DNA from: a virus
Lineage: Duplodnaviria; Caudoviricetes
DNA length: 64,000 nt
IMG/VR virus record: IMGVR_UViG_3300015050_000882
Location: 5,006-69,005 of that record
Strand: one strand, 5' to 3'
Numbering within the stretch: the stretch's first letter is position 1; each line of letters opens with the position of its first letter. A program made the translations under genes and the position numbers. Below the pieces are notes generated by a model that had not been told where the DNA came from, searched no databases, and saw nothing but the letters and a program-made list of their open reading frames with translations. Below, piece after piece: positions 62,156-64,000 of the stretch.

Positions 62156-63548
62156 AGACGCTCACCTTGAAGTCAGAGAGGCGGTTGGCCTTGGCAGCCC
62201 CGAACACCAGGGAGCCGCAGGCCCCCTTCCCCTCAGGGTTGTCATCGCCGCAGTGCAGGCAGCCAGAGGGCGGGCACTCCGCCACCTCGGTGAAGGGCAC
62301 GGCGGTGTCCAGCCGGGTGAACATCGGGACCTTGTGGCCGTGGCACTGGTCAGCGGTCAGGAAGTCCCGCCCGATGGACCGGGTGCGCTTGTCAATCCGC
62401 TCCCCCTTGGCGTTGCGCTCGTTGTTGATGTACTGGTACTCATAGCAGGTGCTGTAGGTCATCCCCACCTTGGTCGCGTGCGCCTGCAGCCGCCGGTGGG
62501 CGTCCAGCCTCCAGGCCTCATCAATGCACTTCTGGCCGCCCATGTTGTCCGTGAACAGGGATTCAAAGAAGCCTCCCCGGTTGTCCCCGAACCTGAACTT
62601 GATGCGCTCCACCATGGCCGGTGCCCAGGAGTATCCGGCCTCAACAAACTTGACGATCACGTGGTTGTTGCCGACGCGGGCCAGCATGTTGAACAGCTCC
62701 ATGATCTCCTCCACGCTGGTCACCCCGGGCACAATCGGGTTGACCTGGATGGAGGTGTAGATGCCCTGCTTGCGCAGCTCCCCCACCTGTTCGATGTGCT
62801 CCAGCAGGCCCATCGCGCCCGGGCTGAGCTTCTTCCAGTCCTCCGGGTCACAGGTGTTGAGGGACTTCTGGGCATAGCTGTAGGGGTTGCGCTTGAGCAG
62901 GTCAATGGCCCAGTCAGGATAGCTCAGCCGGGACAAGAAGAACACCGGCAGGCCCCGGTCGGCAAAGGCGTTGGCCCCGTTCTGGGTGTTGTGGTACACG
63001 TCCTCCAGCGGCAGGAAGGGGTCGGTGAAGCTGCTGAAGTAACCGGCGCTGGCTGTCTTCATCCGGTCCAGCTGCTTGGCGACGTGCTGGCCATAGGTGG
63101 CAGGCACCGTGATCAGCCCGCTCCCCCGGTATCCCTTCATGCCGCTGTTGATGTAGCAGAAGGCGCAGCCCACGGTGCAGAAGCCCCCATAAGGCTCGGT
63201 GAGGATGGCATCGGTCATGCAGGGGCGCTCCCGGGAGGAAGCCTGGGCCAGGCCCTTGCCCTGGTACCAGCCCTGGAGGTCCTTGGCGCTGTCCAGCCGG
63301 ATGTGGGGCGCATAGGACTTCCCGTCAAAGCCGATGTACACCTTGCGGTCCATGTCAGGCTCCATCCCCTGCATCTTGGCCACCTTGGCCCAGCGGAAGC
63401 GTGCCACCCGGCCCGTCAGCGGGTCATCCTCAGTCTCAATGGGCCCAAGGAAGTCCCGCATGTCCGGGTCCGGGCGCATGAAGAACTTGTAGGCATCCTG
63501 GGCAGGCTCATCGCTCTGTCCTGCCAACCAGTCGGTTTCAGCTTGCAT
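62148..63548 (-). CDS. Radical SAM enzyme (M6 gp53-like isomerase candidate)
   Basis: CTVGCAFC; Cys-rich C-terminus; cluster context. Confidence 0.85.
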   Translation of the reverse strand: MQAETDWLAGQSDEPAQDAYKFFMRPDPDMRDFLGPIETEDDPLTGRVARFRWAKVAKMQGMEPDMDRKVYIGFDGKSYAPHIRLDSAKDLQGWYQGKGLAQASSRERPCMTDAILTEPYGGFCTVGCAFCYINSGMKGYRGSGLITVPATYGQHVAKQLDRMKTASAGYFSSFTDPFLPLEDVYHNTQNGANAFADRGLPVFFLSRLSYPDWAIDLLKRNPYSYAQKSLNTCDPEDWKKLSPGAMGLLEHIEQVGELRKQGIYTSIQVNPIVPGVTSVEEIMELFNMLARVGNNHVIVKFVEAGYSWAPAMVERIKFRFGDNRGGFFESLFTDNMGGQKCIDEAWRLDAHRRLQAHATKVGMTYSTCYEYQYINNERNAKGERIDKRTRSIGRDFLTADQCHGHKVPMFTRLDTAVPFTEVAECPPSGCLHCGDDNPEGKGACGSLVFGAAKANRLSDFKVSVYE

Positions 63549-63861
63549 TCTTTCTCTCCATCTTCAGTTGTTGGTTTTCAGACGCCGTCATCACCTTGAT
63601 GTGGTCCGGGCAGACGCACATGCTGAAGCAGCAGTCGTGGTCCCGGTGGTGCCCCGGCGGGCACTCGTGCTTGTTGAGGACTTCAGAGCTGAAGCGGTGG
63701 GCGCGCACAGATCGCTTCCCCAGCCTGAAGCTCCCGTACCATTTGCGGTTGCCCTTCCCCCGGCTCCTGGCCCCGGTCCAGTACCAGCAGCCGTTGGGGA
63801 GCTTCTCCACGTACCGCATGAACCTGGCGATGTCAGCCTCAGTGGCGTGGAGCAGGCTCAT
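63538..63861 (-). CDS. HNH endonuclease
   Basis: CWYWTG, YGSF, RAHR, DH.C...CVCPDH. Confidence 0.85.
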   Translation of the reverse strand: MSLLHATEADIARFMRYVEKLPNGCWYWTGARSRGKGNRKWYGSFRLGKRSVRAHRFSSEVLNKHECPPGHHRDHDCCFSMCVCPDHIKVMTASENQQLKMERKNAS

Positions 63862-63863
63862 GG

Positions 63864-64000
63864 TCACATCCAATCCAATTCAATGCCGGACCAGTCGTGG
63901 GTCACGCCCCGGCGCAGCAGCTCATCGTTGTACTTCTGGAACTGTCCCCCACCCACGTATGGGCTGCCCCGCATGTGGGCCCACCGGGAAGCCTCCCGGA
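63864..64000 (-). CDS. C-terminus of a gene entering from the right edge
   Basis: REASRWAHMRGSPYVGGGQFQKYNDELLRRGVTHDWSGIELDWM*. Confidence 0.55.
   Translation of the reverse strand, partial: REASRWAHMRGSPYVGGGQFQKYNDELLRRGVTHDWSGIELDWM

Noticed and set aside
1-64000. tRNA genes, integrase, repressor, introns or inteins
   Set aside because: No cloverleaf, recombinase motifs or interrupted RNR/PolA/TerL seen by eye; tRNAscan would be decisive.

Overview
Almost the whole genome of a GC-rich tailed (siphovirus-type) phage, with every supportable gene on the minus strand. It resembles YuA/M6-like phages in its replication, head and DNA-modification genes but has an RcGTA-like tail tip (g12-g15 homologs), which points to an alphaproteobacterial, probably Rhodobacteraceae, host (inference). 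In transcription order (right to left): a thymidine hypermodification and nucleotide module (radical SAM, amino acid:DNA transferase, P-loop kinase, 5-hmdU DNA kinase family, dUMP hydroxymethylase, HD protein); DnaA-domain-IV-like protein, PolA, dCMP deaminase and primase-helicase; about 35 small early genes under sigma70-type promoters; a 28-kb morphogenesis and lysis module flanked by two copies of a ~290-bp non-coding element; SNF2 and Dda-like helicases, a frameshifted SSB-like gene and a class II RNR cut by the left edge. No integrase, tRNA or CRISPR was seen. Best leads: a DnaA-box-like operator regulon (TTATCCCCGG) with a candidate DnaA-domain-IV regulator, the duplicated element, a phage VPLPA-CTERM surface protein, a MuF-ADP-ribosyltransferase fusion, and a variant hypermodification cluster. 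All family assignments come from motif recognition by eye, not from database searches.
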